From assembly GCF_963921235.1 (NCBI RefSeq), contig NC_086121.1, positions 23,312,001-23,376,000 of the forward strand: DNA of 64,000 bases, written 5' to 3'. Shown one piece after another: positions 50,101 through 62,875 of this stretch. Positions within the stretch are counted from its first letter, which is position 1; every line of letters begins with the position of its first letter. The notes under the pieces were generated by a model that ran no database searches, was not told the origin of the DNA, and saw only the letters and a list, made by a program, of their open reading frames with translations. The stretch is from Mobula hypostoma (taxonomy: Eukaryota). The translations under genes and the position numbers were made by a program.

Positions 50101-52809
50101 ATTTTGGCCGGGTTGGGGGTGGGGGTGATGAATCTCTTGGAGCTCTTTGCCACAGATGGCTGTGGAGGTGAAGTCATTGGATGTACTTGGAGCAGAAGTT
50201 AATGGGTTACTGCTTGGTGGGGGTTGCAGGAGGGGTCAAGAGAGTGGGGTTGAGAGGAATGATGAATCAACCATGATCTACAAGTTATCACATGTCACAG
50301 TGCTACGCTACAATATCTGGAGCAAAACCTGAACCCATAACTTTCTGACTGATGGGAGAAACTGTCATTGTGCTTGGTCATTACAGAGGAAGGTGATTGA
50401 GGAACACACATCCTGAACGTCACCTGAACTTCAAGAGTTAATGTACAAGGGGAGATGACAGAAACTGTGCTTGTTCTCTGTGGCATTCAAAAAGTTAAAG
50501 GAAGATTCTGAACTAGTCTGACAGGATAATGTAGGGAGAATTCCTATGAAAGAAACTGAAACCTGGATTGTTTAAAAATAAGGGGCCACTCATTTAAAAT
50601 CTCCCTGAGAGTTATGAAACATGTAAGTCTGCTTCTAGTATTAGGGCATATTATGGCGTTATGGAATATTACAAATATTAATTTCAACAACAACCAATCT
50701 TCAGATCTCAATGTGGATTGCAGAATGAATTTAAGATGCAGCTTGGAACAATGGTCTTCCCCGGACTATATTGTTTGCATGGGCTAAATTGTTTAACCTG
50801 TTAGCAGTGATTAACATTCATTTAGGGTGTTTGGAGTGTTGGTGCGAAGATTTAGGTGTTTGAAAATTATATGTAATTCAAAGGAAGCATTGTAGATACA
50901 GCGTAACTATAGATTAACAAGGTGCTGGTGGATCTCAGCGACTTTTGGCTGGTGAAACAAGGAAAGCAACTAAATACTTTGTTAATCACTCTTTTTCTGG
51001 CAAACGATCATCACAAGCAGTAGTCTGTTGCTTCCCTTTGGATTTGGAGGCAATTAGACTTGGCAGAACTGAGGGGAGACAGCAGGCCTGTCGCTGAGAG
51101 CAAGGAGGACTTGAGGTTCGATCGATTCAAGTGGCCGGTCCAAACCAGAAGGATTGGATAAGGCCAAATGAAGGTGGTAGGGTCCAGATCCCAGAGCATA
51201 GAGGCGAAACTGAACCCAATGTTTAGAAGACAATTTAGGCACCGGGTCAGATTGAAAAGGTCAGGGTGTCAAGGCCTGAGGGAGGGTCAGGCCCATTCAA
51301 CTCTCTGCTCCACTCTTTGCAGAATTAAGGGTCTATGGACAGGACTATCTCTGTGGACTTCAGTTCAGAGCACTATTTGGTTGTGTTCATTGTTTGCATA
51401 ATACATTTTCTACTCTCTGCACATGGGTGTTCGATGGTCATTTTTAAAATGGGTTCTTTCGGGTTTCTTTGTTTCGTGCCTGCCTGCTAGGAGACAAATC
51501 TCAAGGTTGCATAATGTATACATGCTTTAATAATAAATGTACTTCGAGCTTTTACCTTTGAAATTGCCCTGCTGTCACCTTTATCTTTAGCATATAAAAA
51601 TGCGATGTAATGTTGTGATAGGGAGGTTCTCTCCAGAGTGACTCCAAATACTGTCAGCTTGCGTGTGCCTAATAAAGATTTTTATACTACCAGCTCCGTG
51701 TCTTTCCAGTGGCTTTCTTTGACAGTCACAACACTACCACACTTTGAAGACTGTCCTTGAATATTTTTAAAGCAGAGTGCAATACTCTAAGCAGTATGTG
51801 GAAGGGCCCAGATGGCCTACACCAATCCTTTTTTGTATATTCATAGTAGAAAGTTTTTTTTTGAGTGCTCAAGGTGACTAGAACCAGGGGCCTTAATCTG
51901 TCATCTGTGAATTTAAGGCATGAAGCTAGGGAACAGTTCCACATGCAGAGAGTATTCTAATTTTGGAAAATACCTCTGCAATAGCAATGGTTGTTTGACA
52001 AATTTGTTAATTAAATCTGATTTTTTTTTTGTCATCTAGGTATAGGGAAATAGAAGTGTGTGGAATTGTCACAGTTCTTGTGGAATAGCTGGATTGCAGG
52101 TGAAGATGCACTAACAACTATAACTCCCCACTTCTGTCCATCCTATGTTGATTGACAGTCACTGGTGAATATCTTTTGATATTCGCTGGTGACTGTCACT
52201 TCATTGGGTCTCAAGGAAATTAAGTGGGCACAACAACCACAAATTGTGTTTTCATTATGATCTTTGGCTGGTAAAAATCAAATTAAAAGATTAGCTTTAC
52301 TTGTCACATGTACATGGAAACATACAGCGAAGTGCATCGTTTGCATCAAATCCAATCAGCGAGGATTGTACTGGGCAGCCCGCGAGTGTCACCGTGCTTC
52401 CGAAACCAACATGGCATGTCCGCAAGTCAATAACCCAAACTCTATCTTTGAGATGTGGGAGGAAACCCCTCACGGTCACGGGGAGAACGTGCAAACTCCT
52501 TACAGACAGTGGAGGGAAATGAACCCCGGTCTTGCAGCCAGCGCTGCAGATCGATTGTGTTAACTTCTACACTAGGAGCAGGGAATTGATCAGTTGAGTT
52601 GGTCTTGAAGAGGAGACAGCTGGATAGTTAAGGGAAGGCGTGCCAGAGGATGGATGAGCACCTGTGGAATGATGAAAACCATGAATGTACATAAGACCCC
52701 GGATCTGGAGTGCAGAGAACTCCGGGAGTTGAAGGCAGAGCACTGTTAGCAAATCCAGACTAATGGTATGACCTTCCATTACCCATATCTTGCACCTTGG
52801 GTAAACCAC

Positions 52810-53420
52810 AAAGTAAATTTATTATCAAAGTACATATATGTCACCACATACAACCCTGATATTCATTTTCTTGTGGGCATACTCAATAAATCCCTAATAG
52901 AATAATGACCATAATAGAATCAGTGAAAAACTGCACAAACTTGGGCGTTCAACCAGTGTTCAAAAGACCACAAACTGTGCAAATACTAAAAGAAAGAAAG
53001 AAAGAAATAATAAATAAATAGATAAGTAAGCAATAGATATCAAGAACATGAGATGAAGAGTCATTGAAAGTAAGCCTATAGCTTGTGGAACATTTCAAGT
53101 GATGTTATCTGCTTTGGTTCAAGAGCCTGTTGGTTGCGGGGTAATAACTGTTCCTGAACCTGGTGGGGTGAGTCCTGAGACTCCTGTACCTTCTTCCCGA
53201 ATGCAACAGCGACAAGAGACCATGATCTGGGTGGTGGGGGTCCTTGATGATGGATGTTGCTTTCCTGCGACAATGCTTCATGCTGATGTGGTCAATGGTG
53301 GGAGGGTCTTTACCCGTGATGGAATGGGCCGTATCCACTACTTCTTGTGGGATTTTCTGTTCAAGGGCATTGGTTTTTCCACACCAGGCTACGATCCAAC
53401 CAGTTAATATACTTTCCACA
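52810..53420 (-). mobile_element. Rex/Babar-type LINE 3' fragment
   Basis: ESILTGWIVAW...ATSIIKDPHHPDHGLLSLLHSGRRYRSLRTHPTRFRNSYYP plus 3'UTR. Confidence 0.82.
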
Positions 53421-53659
53421 GAAGAAATGTATGCAACATGGGATGTTTATCTTGCAGTACAGTGCCAAATGCTTCCAGTCCTCAGCAGGCACAGATATGC
53501 TGGTCGCTGCCTACATTCCTATAGAGCCCAGCACAGAGAGTTCCAAGTACTCTCTCCTTCCCTATCAGGAAGCGAAACCAGGACAAAGCTGGATGAAAAC
53601 TGGGATTAGCCCTTCTCCAGAGCCAGCCCAAACCTTCATTCAAATCTGTGCCACAAAAC

Positions 53660-53830
53660 AATCAATAAACCAGAATCTGCAGCTAACTGGAGTTGACTTG
53701 ATCTTATCAAGTCGAACTTTCAGCCCCATGAATAAGTTACACATTAATTCAACACTGGGCTAAAGCACGTAATAAAACTTGTGAGCTGGAAGAATGTGCG
53801 AACAATCTACTCTAAAGGTATAAATAGTGC
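53660..53830 (+). promoter_or_regulatory. RNF186 proximal promoter: TATA box plus candidate CDX/GATA/HNF1 sites
   Basis: tataaata at 53819-53826; gtaataaaa at 53769-53777; cttatca at 53703-53709; gttacacattaat at 53736-53748. Confidence 0.5.
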
Positions 53831-53883
53831 GAGGCTGCAGACACTTACCGTCCCGAGGAAGCTCGTCTGTGGAGTGTTGGAGT

Positions 53884-54525
53884 ATGGAGAAGAAGGCTGT
53901 TGGAAGTACCCCAGGGTCAGAGCTTGACTGCCCAGTTTGCTTCAACAAATATGAACCTTTCATCCGTAAGCCCAAGCTCCTGGCCTGCCAGCACTGTTTC
54001 TGTGCGATCTGCCTGAAGATCATGGTGTCGCTTAAGGATGGATCCTGGGTGGTCTCCTGCCCGCTCTGCAGGCGCTGCATGCTGGTGCCAGATGCGTTGA
54101 TCAGCAACCTCCCGGACAATACCAGCCTGATGGAGGTCCTGCCCAGGAGGATGTCCGCCTTCCCCGAATCTGTGCCTGAGATCGTCCTGTTGCCACACTT
54201 GCTGCAGCAGTCCCAGCCCAGCACTTTCACCCTGCTCACCCACATCAGTGACTCCAACAGCCCTGCAGACGAGGATGAACACTTCAGGGATCGGATCACC
54301 ACATCTGCCATCAGGCGCTTTCTGGTGACCATGCTCTTCTTCCTGATCCTCTTGTATGGACTTCAATATTTCTTCAAGAACTCTACACTGATCTGGATCC
54401 TCGTCATAATGACTGTTGTGTGCGCACTGGCCGGACTGATCCTCCTATACTTCACGTGTCAGAACACCAGGAGCGGAGAAACTGGGAGATCCTGGACTCT
54501 CCTGACCTTTCTCTCGGGCCGTTGA
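53884..54525 (+). CDS. RNF186: E3 ubiquitin ligase RNF186-like (C3HC4 RING plus two C-terminal TM helices), 213 aa
   Basis: CPVC...PKLLACQHCFCAICLK...WVVSCPLCR matches the recalled RNF186 RING signature. Single exon, two TM helices, and adjacent to OTUD3 as in human 1p36. The first ATG is at 53884; the track starts at an upstream GTG. Confidence 0.85.
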   Translation: MEKKAVGSTPGSELDCPVCFNKYEPFIRKPKLLACQHCFCAICLKIMVSLKDGSWVVSCPLCRRCMLVPDALISNLPDNTSLMEVLPRRMSAFPESVPEIVLLPHLLQQSQPSTFTLLTHISDSNSPADEDEHFRDRITTSAIRRFLVTMLFFLILLYGLQYFFKNSTLIWILVIMTVVCALAGLILLYFTCQNTRSGETGRSWTLLTFLSGR

Positions 54526-55104
54526 TCCACCTTGTTCGCAAGTCAACGTTCATCCTTTCAAAACCATGTTATGTGTGTTTATTGAACAGTAATTGCTTCT
54601 TAAGTGGGATTGTCACCTATGGATACCCGGCCAAGGGTTCAAAAGTAGAATCAGAGTGCTTCTCTGAAGACAGCCATTTGACTCAGTGAGACTGGGCTGG
54701 CTTTCGAAGATGAGTGCCCCATCTCTCTCCCCACATTCCAAGGGTTAATTGATATTTAACTGAGGTAAATATGTAACTGTCATATGAACAGCAGATTTTA
54801 AGTTTGGACAGAGTATTAATGTTAGTAATGACTCCTGTAGTTGAGGATGGCACTCACTGTAGTTGTGAGGGGCCCACCAATCGCCATTCTTAACAAAAGG
54901 GGCTGCCCGGAGTCCAGGTTTCATGACCTCACTGGGACTGGGTTGAAACTGAGATCAAAGTCAGCCACCTCACCCATTTTCCATTACATGGTGAACTTTA
55001 CTCAAGATAGTTTTATTGCAAAACATATGTACCGATTACAGAACCCGAGGTCAGCTTGTAATGAAAGTTTATGGTCTTAAATGTTGCTATGTACAAACAG
55101 CACT

Positions 55105-55110
55105 AATAAA
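55105..55110 (+). terminator. Candidate RNF186 polyadenylation signal
   Basis: AATAAA about 580 nt after the stop, with upstream TGTA and downstream T/GT-rich sequence. Confidence 0.55.
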
Positions 55111-56559
55111 CAGATTTTTGTTAAATCTTTGGCTTTGCTTTGGATATATCTCACGTATTTAAAAATTAACCAAAATACCGTGCTCTGTGTGTTTTGAAGT
55201 AGTACAACTGAAAGCTACGTAGTAAAATGTTGCCTGTCTAGCACCCTTTTCCCCCATTGATATTGAAATCTCAGTACAGTAGCTGTACACAAACCTCCCC
55301 ATCCTCTTCGGTGAATCCTGCCCCTTTGTTTGGCTTCCTCTCCCTTTAATCTACTCATCTAACTTCCCCAGTGAGTGGATTTCTGCTGTTCACCTCTCAG
55401 TCCCGACTGTGGGATGTTGTGCGGCTGTGTTAGTAAGCACTTTTGCCTGTTTCTTTTCTTGCTGCCGCACTGTTGCCTCTGGCAACCCTGAGGATCTCTC
55501 CTTCTGGTTCTCACCTGACGCTACCTTCTCAACAAAGTCATTCAGAAACGCCCTGAGTTTTAACGCAGCTCTCCCAACTCTCTTCTCCGAAACCCACCAG
55601 TACTGTTTCTTTGTCTGACTGCTGTAGCAGTATATAGTATTGGTTGAACAGAAATATCCTCAGTTAAACATCGGAAAGACTGTTGTTTATTGTCCTCACC
55701 AGACACTCCATTCCTTACCTACTGATACCATTGTCCTTTGGAAACTGTCTAAACTTACCATCGACCACCCATTTACATTAATCTACTTTTCATTCTCTCC
55801 ACATTCTCATCACATTTTTAGATTATGAGAACACTCAGTCCTCTTTTATTGTCATTTATGATGTGTTCTCGTTTCTGGTTCCTCCTTTGTTACTATTATT
55901 TTGGGTGAATTTTGAATCGGGGCAGACTGCAGGTAGCTGAACTGAAATAATGCCTTTTGATTTTGTATTTTATGTTCTGTGTTTTCGCTCCTTCCCTTTT
56001 GTTTGTTGCTGTTTGCACGAGTTTTATTTTTACACGTGTGGGGAGGGAGGGATTTGATGCTTTTTTCTTTGAACAGGTTCCATGGTGTTTTCTGGCTGTC
56101 TGCGGGGAAGGGAAATCTCAGGGTTGTACACCACATACATACTTTGAATCCACTGAACTTCTTCTAAATTTCTCCACTCACATACACACGAGGGGCAAGT
56201 TACAGTGGCCAATTAATCTACCAGGCTGCTGTCCGCAATTAGTATACCAAACCCCCCCACATCCCAAAGAGGGCAACTTGAGGTCTTAGAGAGAACAAGC
56301 AGACTCCACACAGAAAGCACCCAAGCTGCACCTGGGAATCTGAAACTGAAAGGTAGCAGATCTGCTCTTGTGCTGCTTTCTACAGCACAAAGGAAGGAGA
56401 ACTGAATAAGCGATGAAAGGACTAGGAAACATTAAGTTGATCAGAACAGATATAAAACATGACCACAGTGGACTGCAATAAACATCAGTTTATTGTCTTA
56501 TAGAGGCTTCAGCATTAGGGAGCAGGAGATCCAATTAATTTGGATGAAAACAATTTCAA

Positions 56560-56812
56560 GTTGCCAATCACCTGTCCAGCTCTTGGCTCCATCCCTCCCC
56601 CTCCTGTCTTCTCCTATCATTTCAGATCTCCCCCTCCCCCTCCGACTTTCAAATCTCTTACTAACTCTTCTTTCGGTTAGTCCTGACGAAGGGTCTCGGC
56701 CCAAAATGTCGACTGTACCTCTTCCTAGAGATGCTGCCTGGCCTGCTGCGTTCACCAGCAACCTTAACATGTGTTGCTTGAAATTCCAGCATCTGCAGAT
56801 TTCCTCGTGTTC
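56560..56812 (+). mobile_element. PLE pLTR fragment
   Basis: Near-identical to the long PLE 3' end; the hammerhead GAAA is mutated to AAAA. Confidence 0.85.
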
Positions 56813-57348
56813 AAGATTTGAGTGTGTGAGATAGCTGAGGACCAATATTGTCAGCACATTGATTAATGAGTTAACGTGTTTTCAACTAACCCATAAATTC
56901 TTGGACATACCATCAGTGGCACGTAGTATCCGCCCTCATGCCTGCAGCGAAGGTATCAAGACGTGGACCATGTTAGTGTAATGAGCACAAGTAAATTCAA
57001 CTGTTTGTACTGCACTGAAGGTCTCATGCTACACATCCTCGAACAGCGGAAAAGCGCTCTAGTACTCAATCAGATTTCTTTGGCATTGTGGTTGAAGAAC
57101 AGAAACCTGTGCAAATGGTAGGATTTACCATTAAAGTAGAACCCTGCAAAAAAGCCCTTTTAATATTGTGCAATGTTTTCACTGTCTAGCTCCATTCACC
57201 AGCTGCTGAAACACCCTCCCATGCATTCGTTAACCCTTAGCTCAGGTTTGCTTATCCAGCTTCCTCTTCTATTAACTTCTCCAAAATTGTACACAACACT
57301 CACTTGCCCCATCATTGAACTGTTCCCACAACCAATGATCTCACTTTA

Positions 57349-57563
57349 GTTGTTGTTCCTCTCCACGCCTTGTGGTGTATCGGGCGGCAACCTTTGCTGT
57401 TTCTATAGCATTTGTCTGTTCATTTTTTTAAACGAGGCCGAGCTGCTAACTCGACGCTCAGCCCAGCACGGACGGAGATCGTGCAAAGAGCCGGCCAGAT
57501 TCGAACCCGGGACCACTCGCCTAGAAGTCCAACTTGGACGCCACTACACCACCAGCCTGCTAT
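57349..57563 (-). mobile_element. tRNA-derived SINE with (AAC)n tail, inserted in a Rex/Babar 3'UTR
   Basis: Minus-strand A box tggtgtagtgg and B box ggttcgaatc; 15-bp TSD aat(g/a)atctcacttta at 57334-57348 and 57564-57578. Confidence 0.8.
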
Positions 57564-58127
57564 AATAATCTCACTTTAAGGACTCTTTTATCTCATTGTC
57601 TCGCTATTTATCTATGTTTGCATTTGCGCAGTTTGTCGTCTTCTGCACTCTAGTTGATCATTCATTGATCCTGTTGCAGTTACTAATCTATAGACCTGCT
57701 GAGTATGCCCACAAAGAAAGTGAATCTCAAGGTTCTGTATGGAAACACTTATGTACTTTGATAATAAATATATTTACTTAATTCTAACCTACTGTCCCTT
57801 TGCTCTCTGATGTACATCAGCTCATAACCCAGCAACAACTCTAGGTTATAATTCTCATCCTTGCTTTCAAATAAGCTTTTTATTTCCCATCTTCCCTATT
57901 TCCCTATTAGAGATTTTCACATTCTTACACTTCCAATGTCTTGTGCTTCCCTGATTTTAAACACTCTGGAACTGCTTTCATGACTCTATGTCTCTCTCCT
58001 TCTTCAAGGTGCAGAAGAGACTACCTGTATCTCAATGCGGTTCCACTTCCACTTTGCTTAGATAAGACTCAAATGAAAAGTCAGTCACCTGGGAAGTTGA
58101 AAAGAAAGTCATAAGTAGACAATATCA

Positions 58128-58625
58128 GCACACACAAAAAGCTGGAGGAACTTAGCACAGGGAGGGAAATGAATGGTGAACAGTCGACATTTCAGGCTAA
58201 CATCCTTCATCATGGCTGGAGAAGAAAGGGCCAAAAGCCAGAATAAGAAGGCGGGGGAGAAGAGGGGAAAAAACACAAGCTGGCAGGTGATAGGTGAAAC
58301 CAGGTGAGGCAGAAGGTGCGGGGTGGCGGGGGGGGGGAATGAAATAAGAAGCTGGAAGGTGGAAAGAGGTAAAGGACTGGAAAAGGAGGAGAGTGCACGA
58401 TGGAAGAAAAAGGGAAGGAGGGGCACCACAAGGAGGTGATATGGAAGGTGAAGGGAAGGAATAAGAGGGGAATGGAAAAAGAACGGAGGGAGGCAGAGAA
58501 TTTACTGTAAGTTAAAAAGAAATCTATATCCTTTCCATTTCTGATGAAGGATCTCAGCCCAAAACATAACCCTTTATTCCCCTCCAACTTGCTGACTCCA
58601 GCATCAGCAGGCGCTCCCGTGTTCA
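58128..58625. mobile_element. Older inverted PLE pLTR pair
   Basis: A minus-strand pLTR followed by a short + strand arm; both hammerheads degenerate. Confidence 0.7.
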
Positions 58626-59104
58626 CTTATCTTCACTTGGTGGCGCTAGCTACCAGGCACTAAATAAACCATGGGATTGAGACTGTTTCTCTTTTACTGC
58701 CTTTGTGTTGATCATACAACATTACAGTATGCATTCTCACTCAGCAATGATATCTACATACCTAGTAACTCCACCAACACCGTCCAAGTTGCATGTATAA
58801 AATAGCACTTCCTGCTAAAACTCAGACAGAAGCACCTCCTTCAAGGGTAGAGTAGAGAAAATGCTTTTTAAAGTAAAAGTAACTACTGAGAAGGAAACTT
58901 AAGGTGAAATTTCAACTGTGGTGGATTTTATATTGAAAAGTAAGATTTACATCCAATTGCAATTATTTAGATTTGAACAAATGCCTAATATTATTTAATC
59001 AAACTTTTGGGTTTGATTAAGTGCAAAATTTGCTGCTTGGGACTGTGGGTTTGGTTTGAATTTGTAGGTTTTGTTCTCTATGTTGCAGACAGCACCAAAC
59101 CACA

Positions 59105-59615
59105 CAGTTCAAAGTAAATTTATTATGAAAGTACATATACGTCACTATATACAACCCTGAGGTTCATTTTCTTGCAGACATACTCAATAAATCCAATCAC
59201 CATAATAGAATCTATGAAGGACCGCAGCAACAGGGTGGACAACCAGTGTGCAACAAACAACAAACTGTGCAAATACAAAGAAGAAAGAAATATAAGTAAA
59301 TAAATAAATAGATAGATAGGTGTCGAGAACACAATATGAAGAGACCCAGTAAGTCACTCCATAGGTTGTAGGAGCATTACAGTGATGGGGCAACTGAAGT
59401 TGAGTGAAATTATCCCCTCTGGATCAAGAGTCTGATGGTTGAGGGTTACTAACTGTTCCAGAACCTGGTGGTGTGAGTCCTGAGGCTCTAGTACCTTCCT
59501 TCTGATAGCAGCAGTGAGAAGAGAGCATGACTTGGGTGATGGAGGTCCCTGACAATGGACCCTGCTTTCCTGTGACAACACTCCGTGTTGATGTGCTCCA
59601 TGGTGGGAAACCACT
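59105..59615 (-). mobile_element. Rex/Babar-type LINE 3' fragment
   Basis: Homologous to 52810-53300. Confidence 0.75.
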
Positions 59616-60208
59616 AAACCACTCAGATGTTTTGAATAACAATACAGGGTCCTAAGAACCTTGTCCCTGTAGTCATCTAATGCTGGACCATTCTTGTATT
59701 CAGAGTTGAAGGCACAAATGGAGCAGGTGGTTTTGTTTTATTGACAAAAGACGTCCAGCCCATGAAAACATGATTCACTGTAACTTCACATTAAGTATTA
59801 GCATATCACTGCAACTTGTATCCAGTTAATTATTAAGTTTTCTACTCTGCAAGATATTTTAATCAATATTTCAATGAATATGTGCAAATTGTCACCTTTG
59901 TGTAGGGAATTGCACTGGCTACTCCATTCCCAAGCTGTTACGATTGCGCAGAACAAGGTGACAATGGAGTAGTATGATTAAATGTTTTTAATGTCACATT
60001 AGTGATGGCATATGCAGAGCAACTTTCAGAGTGGGAACTATGAACCGGGCCTGCCGAGACGAAAACATGTGCACTCGTAAGCCCGCACCAAAAGACAGTA
60101 CCTCCTATGCATACAACAGGAATTCTGTAGATGCTGGAAATTCAAGCAACACACATCAAAGTTGCTGGTGAATGCAGCAGGCCAGACAGCATCTGTAGGA
60201 ATAGGTGC

Positions 60209-60244
60209 AGTCGACGTTTCAGGCCGAGACCCTTCGTCAGGACT
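60209..60244 (-). ncRNA. Minimal type I hammerhead ribozyme, intact, in the PLE pLTR
   Basis: agtc-CTGACGA-agg gtctcgg cct-GAAA-c-GTC^gact, on the PLE sense strand. Confidence 0.85.
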
Positions 60245-60531
60245 AACTGAAGGAAGACTAAGGGATTTGAAAGTTGGAGGGGGAGGGGGAGATCCAAAAT
60301 GATAGGAGAAGACAGGAGGGGGAGGGATAGAGCCAAGAGCTGGACAGGTGATAGGCAAAAGGGGATACGAGAGGATCATGGGACAGGAGGTCTGGGAAGA
60401 AAGACGGGGGGGGGACCCAGAGGATGGGCAAGAGGTATATTCAGAGGGACAGAGGGAGAAAAAGGAGAGTGAGAGAAAGAATGTGTGCATAAAAATAAGT
60501 AACAGATGGGGTATGAGGGGGAGGTGGGGCC

Positions 60532-62730
60532 TTAGCGGCAGTTAGAGAAGTCGATGTTCATGCCATCAGGTTGGAGGCTACCCAGACGGAATATAAGGTG
60601 TTGTTCCTCCAACCTGAGTGTGGCTTCATCTTTACAGTAGAGGAGGCCATGGATAGACATGTCAGAATGGGAACAGGATGTGGAATTAAAGTGTGTGGCC
60701 ACTGGGAGATCCTGCTTTCTCTGGCGGACAGAGCGTAGATGTTCAGCAAAGCGGTCTCCCAGTCTGCGTCGGGTCTCGCCAATATATAAAAGGCCACATC
60801 GGGAGCACCAGACGCAGTATATCACCCCAGTCGACTCACAGGTGAAGTGTTGCCTCACCTGGAAGGAATGTTTGGGGCCCTGAATGGTGGTAAGGGAGGA
60901 AGTGTAAGGGCATGTGTAGCACTTGTTCCGCTTACACGGATAAGTGCCAGGAGGGAGATCAGTGGGGAGGAATGGGGGGGACGAATGGACAAGGGAGTTG
61001 CGTAGGGAGCGATCCCTGCAGAATGCAGAGAGGGGGGGGAGGCAAAGATGTGCTTAGTGGTGGGATCCCGTTGGAGGTGGCGGAAGTTACGGAGAATAAT
61101 ATGTTGGACCCGGAGGCTGGTGGGGTGGTAGGTGAGGACCAGGGGAACCCTATTCCTAGTGGGGTGGCGGGAGGATGGAGTGAGAGCAGATGTACGTGAA
61201 ATGGGGGAGATGCGTTTAAGAGCAGAGTTGATAGTGGAGGAAGGGAAGCCCCTTTCTTTAAAAAAGGAAGACATCTCCCTTGTCCTAGAATGAAAAGCCT
61301 CATCCTGAGAGCAGATGCGGCGGAGACGGAGGAATTGCGAGAAGGGGATGGCGTTTTTGCAAGAGACAGGGTGAGAAGAGGAATAGTCCAGATAGCTGTG
61401 AGAGTCAGTAGGCTTATAGTAGACATCAGTGGATAAGCTGTCTCCAGAGACAGAAAGATCTAGAAAGGGGAGGGAGGTGTCGGAAATGGACCAGGTAAAC
61501 TTGAGGGCAGGGTGAAAGTTGGAGGCAAAGTTAATAAAGTCAACGAGTTCTGCATGCGTGCAGGAAGCAGCGCCAATGCAGTCGTCGATGTAGCGAAGGA
61601 AAAGTGGGGGACAGATACCAGAATAGGCACGGAACATAGATTGTTCCACAAACCCAACAAAAAGGCAGGCATAGCTAGGACCCATACGGGTGCCCATGGC
61701 TGCACCTTTAGTTTGGAGGAAGTGGGAGGAGCCAAAGGAGAAATTATTAAGAGTAAGGACTAATTCCGCTAGACGGAGCAGAGTGGTGGTAGAGGGGAAC
61801 TGATTAGGTCTGGAATCCAAAAAGAAGCGTAGAGCTTTGAGACCTTCCTGATGGGGGATGGAAGTATATAAGGACTGGACATCCATGGTGAAAATAAAGC
61901 GGTGGGGGCCAGGGAACTTAAAATCATCGAAAAGTTTAAGAGCGTGAGAAGTGTCACGAACATAGGTCGGAAGGGATTGAACAAGGGGTGATAAAACAGT
62001 GTTGAGGTATGCAGAAATGAGTTCGGTGGGGCAGGAGCAAGCTGAGACAATAGGTCGGCCAGGACGGGCAGGTTTGTGGATCTTGGGTAGGAGGTAGAAA
62101 CGGGAAGTGCGGGGTGTGGGAACTATAAGGTTGGTAGCAGTGGATGGGAGATCCCCTGAGCGGATAAAGTCGGTGATGGTGTGGGAGACAATGACCTGGT
62201 GCTCCTTAGTGGGGTCACGATCGAGGGGAAAATAAGAGAAGGTATCCGCGAGTTGTCGCTGTGCCTCGGCAAGGTAGAGGTCAGTACGCCAGACTACAAC
62301 AGCATCCCCCTTATTGGCGGGTTTAATAATAAGGTTGGGATTAGTGCGGAGGGAGCGGAGAGCAGAGCGTTCCGAAGGAGTGAGGTTGGAATGGGAACAA
62401 GGTGCGGTGAAGTCGAGACGGTTGATGTCCCGTCGGCAGTTAGCAATAAAGAGATCCAGAGCAGGCAGAAGACCAGAGCGGGGTGTCCATGAAGAAGAGG
62501 AGGGTTGAAGACGGGAGAAGGGGTCATCGGTGGGGGTGGAAGAGTCCTTGCCGAAGAAGTAGGCTCGGAGACGGAGACAGCGGAAGAAAAGTCATGGCGA
62601 ACACGGAACCCGCTGAGGTGTGGGCGAAGGGGGACAAAGGTGAGGCCCTTACTGAGAACAGAGCGTTCTGCCTCCGACAGTTGAAGGTCGGAGAGGATGG
62701 TAAAGACCCGGCACGGATGAGAGCTGGGAT
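60532..62730 (-). pseudogene. Frameshifted PLE RT-endonuclease ORF
   Basis: The RT (track ORF 60855-61886) and the EN (60532-60858) lie in different frames, with frameshifts near 61030 and 62590. Confidence 0.85.
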
Positions 62731-62732
62731 CA

Positions 62733-62875
62733 GAGGGGGGAGGGGGGAGGGGAAGGGGGAGGGGGGAAGGTGGAGGGGGAGGGGGGAAGGGGAAGGGGGA
62801 GGGGGAAGGGGGAAGGGGGAAGGGGGAGGGGGAAGGGGGAGGGGGGAAGGGGGAGGGGGAGGGGGAGGCGGGGGG
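62733..62875 (+). repeat. Polypurine (GGGGGA/GGGGAA)n tract at the PLE 5' breakpoint
   Basis: About 140 nt of almost pure G/A runs. Confidence 0.9.

Noticed and set aside
53760-54366. Long antisense ORFs (190 and 149 aa) over RNF186
   Set aside because: Shadow ORFs of a GC-rich coding exon with no recognisable domain.
57480-57563. tRNA gene
   Set aside because: The A/B boxes belong to a SINE head with its own body, tail and TSD. No full cloverleaf was seen.
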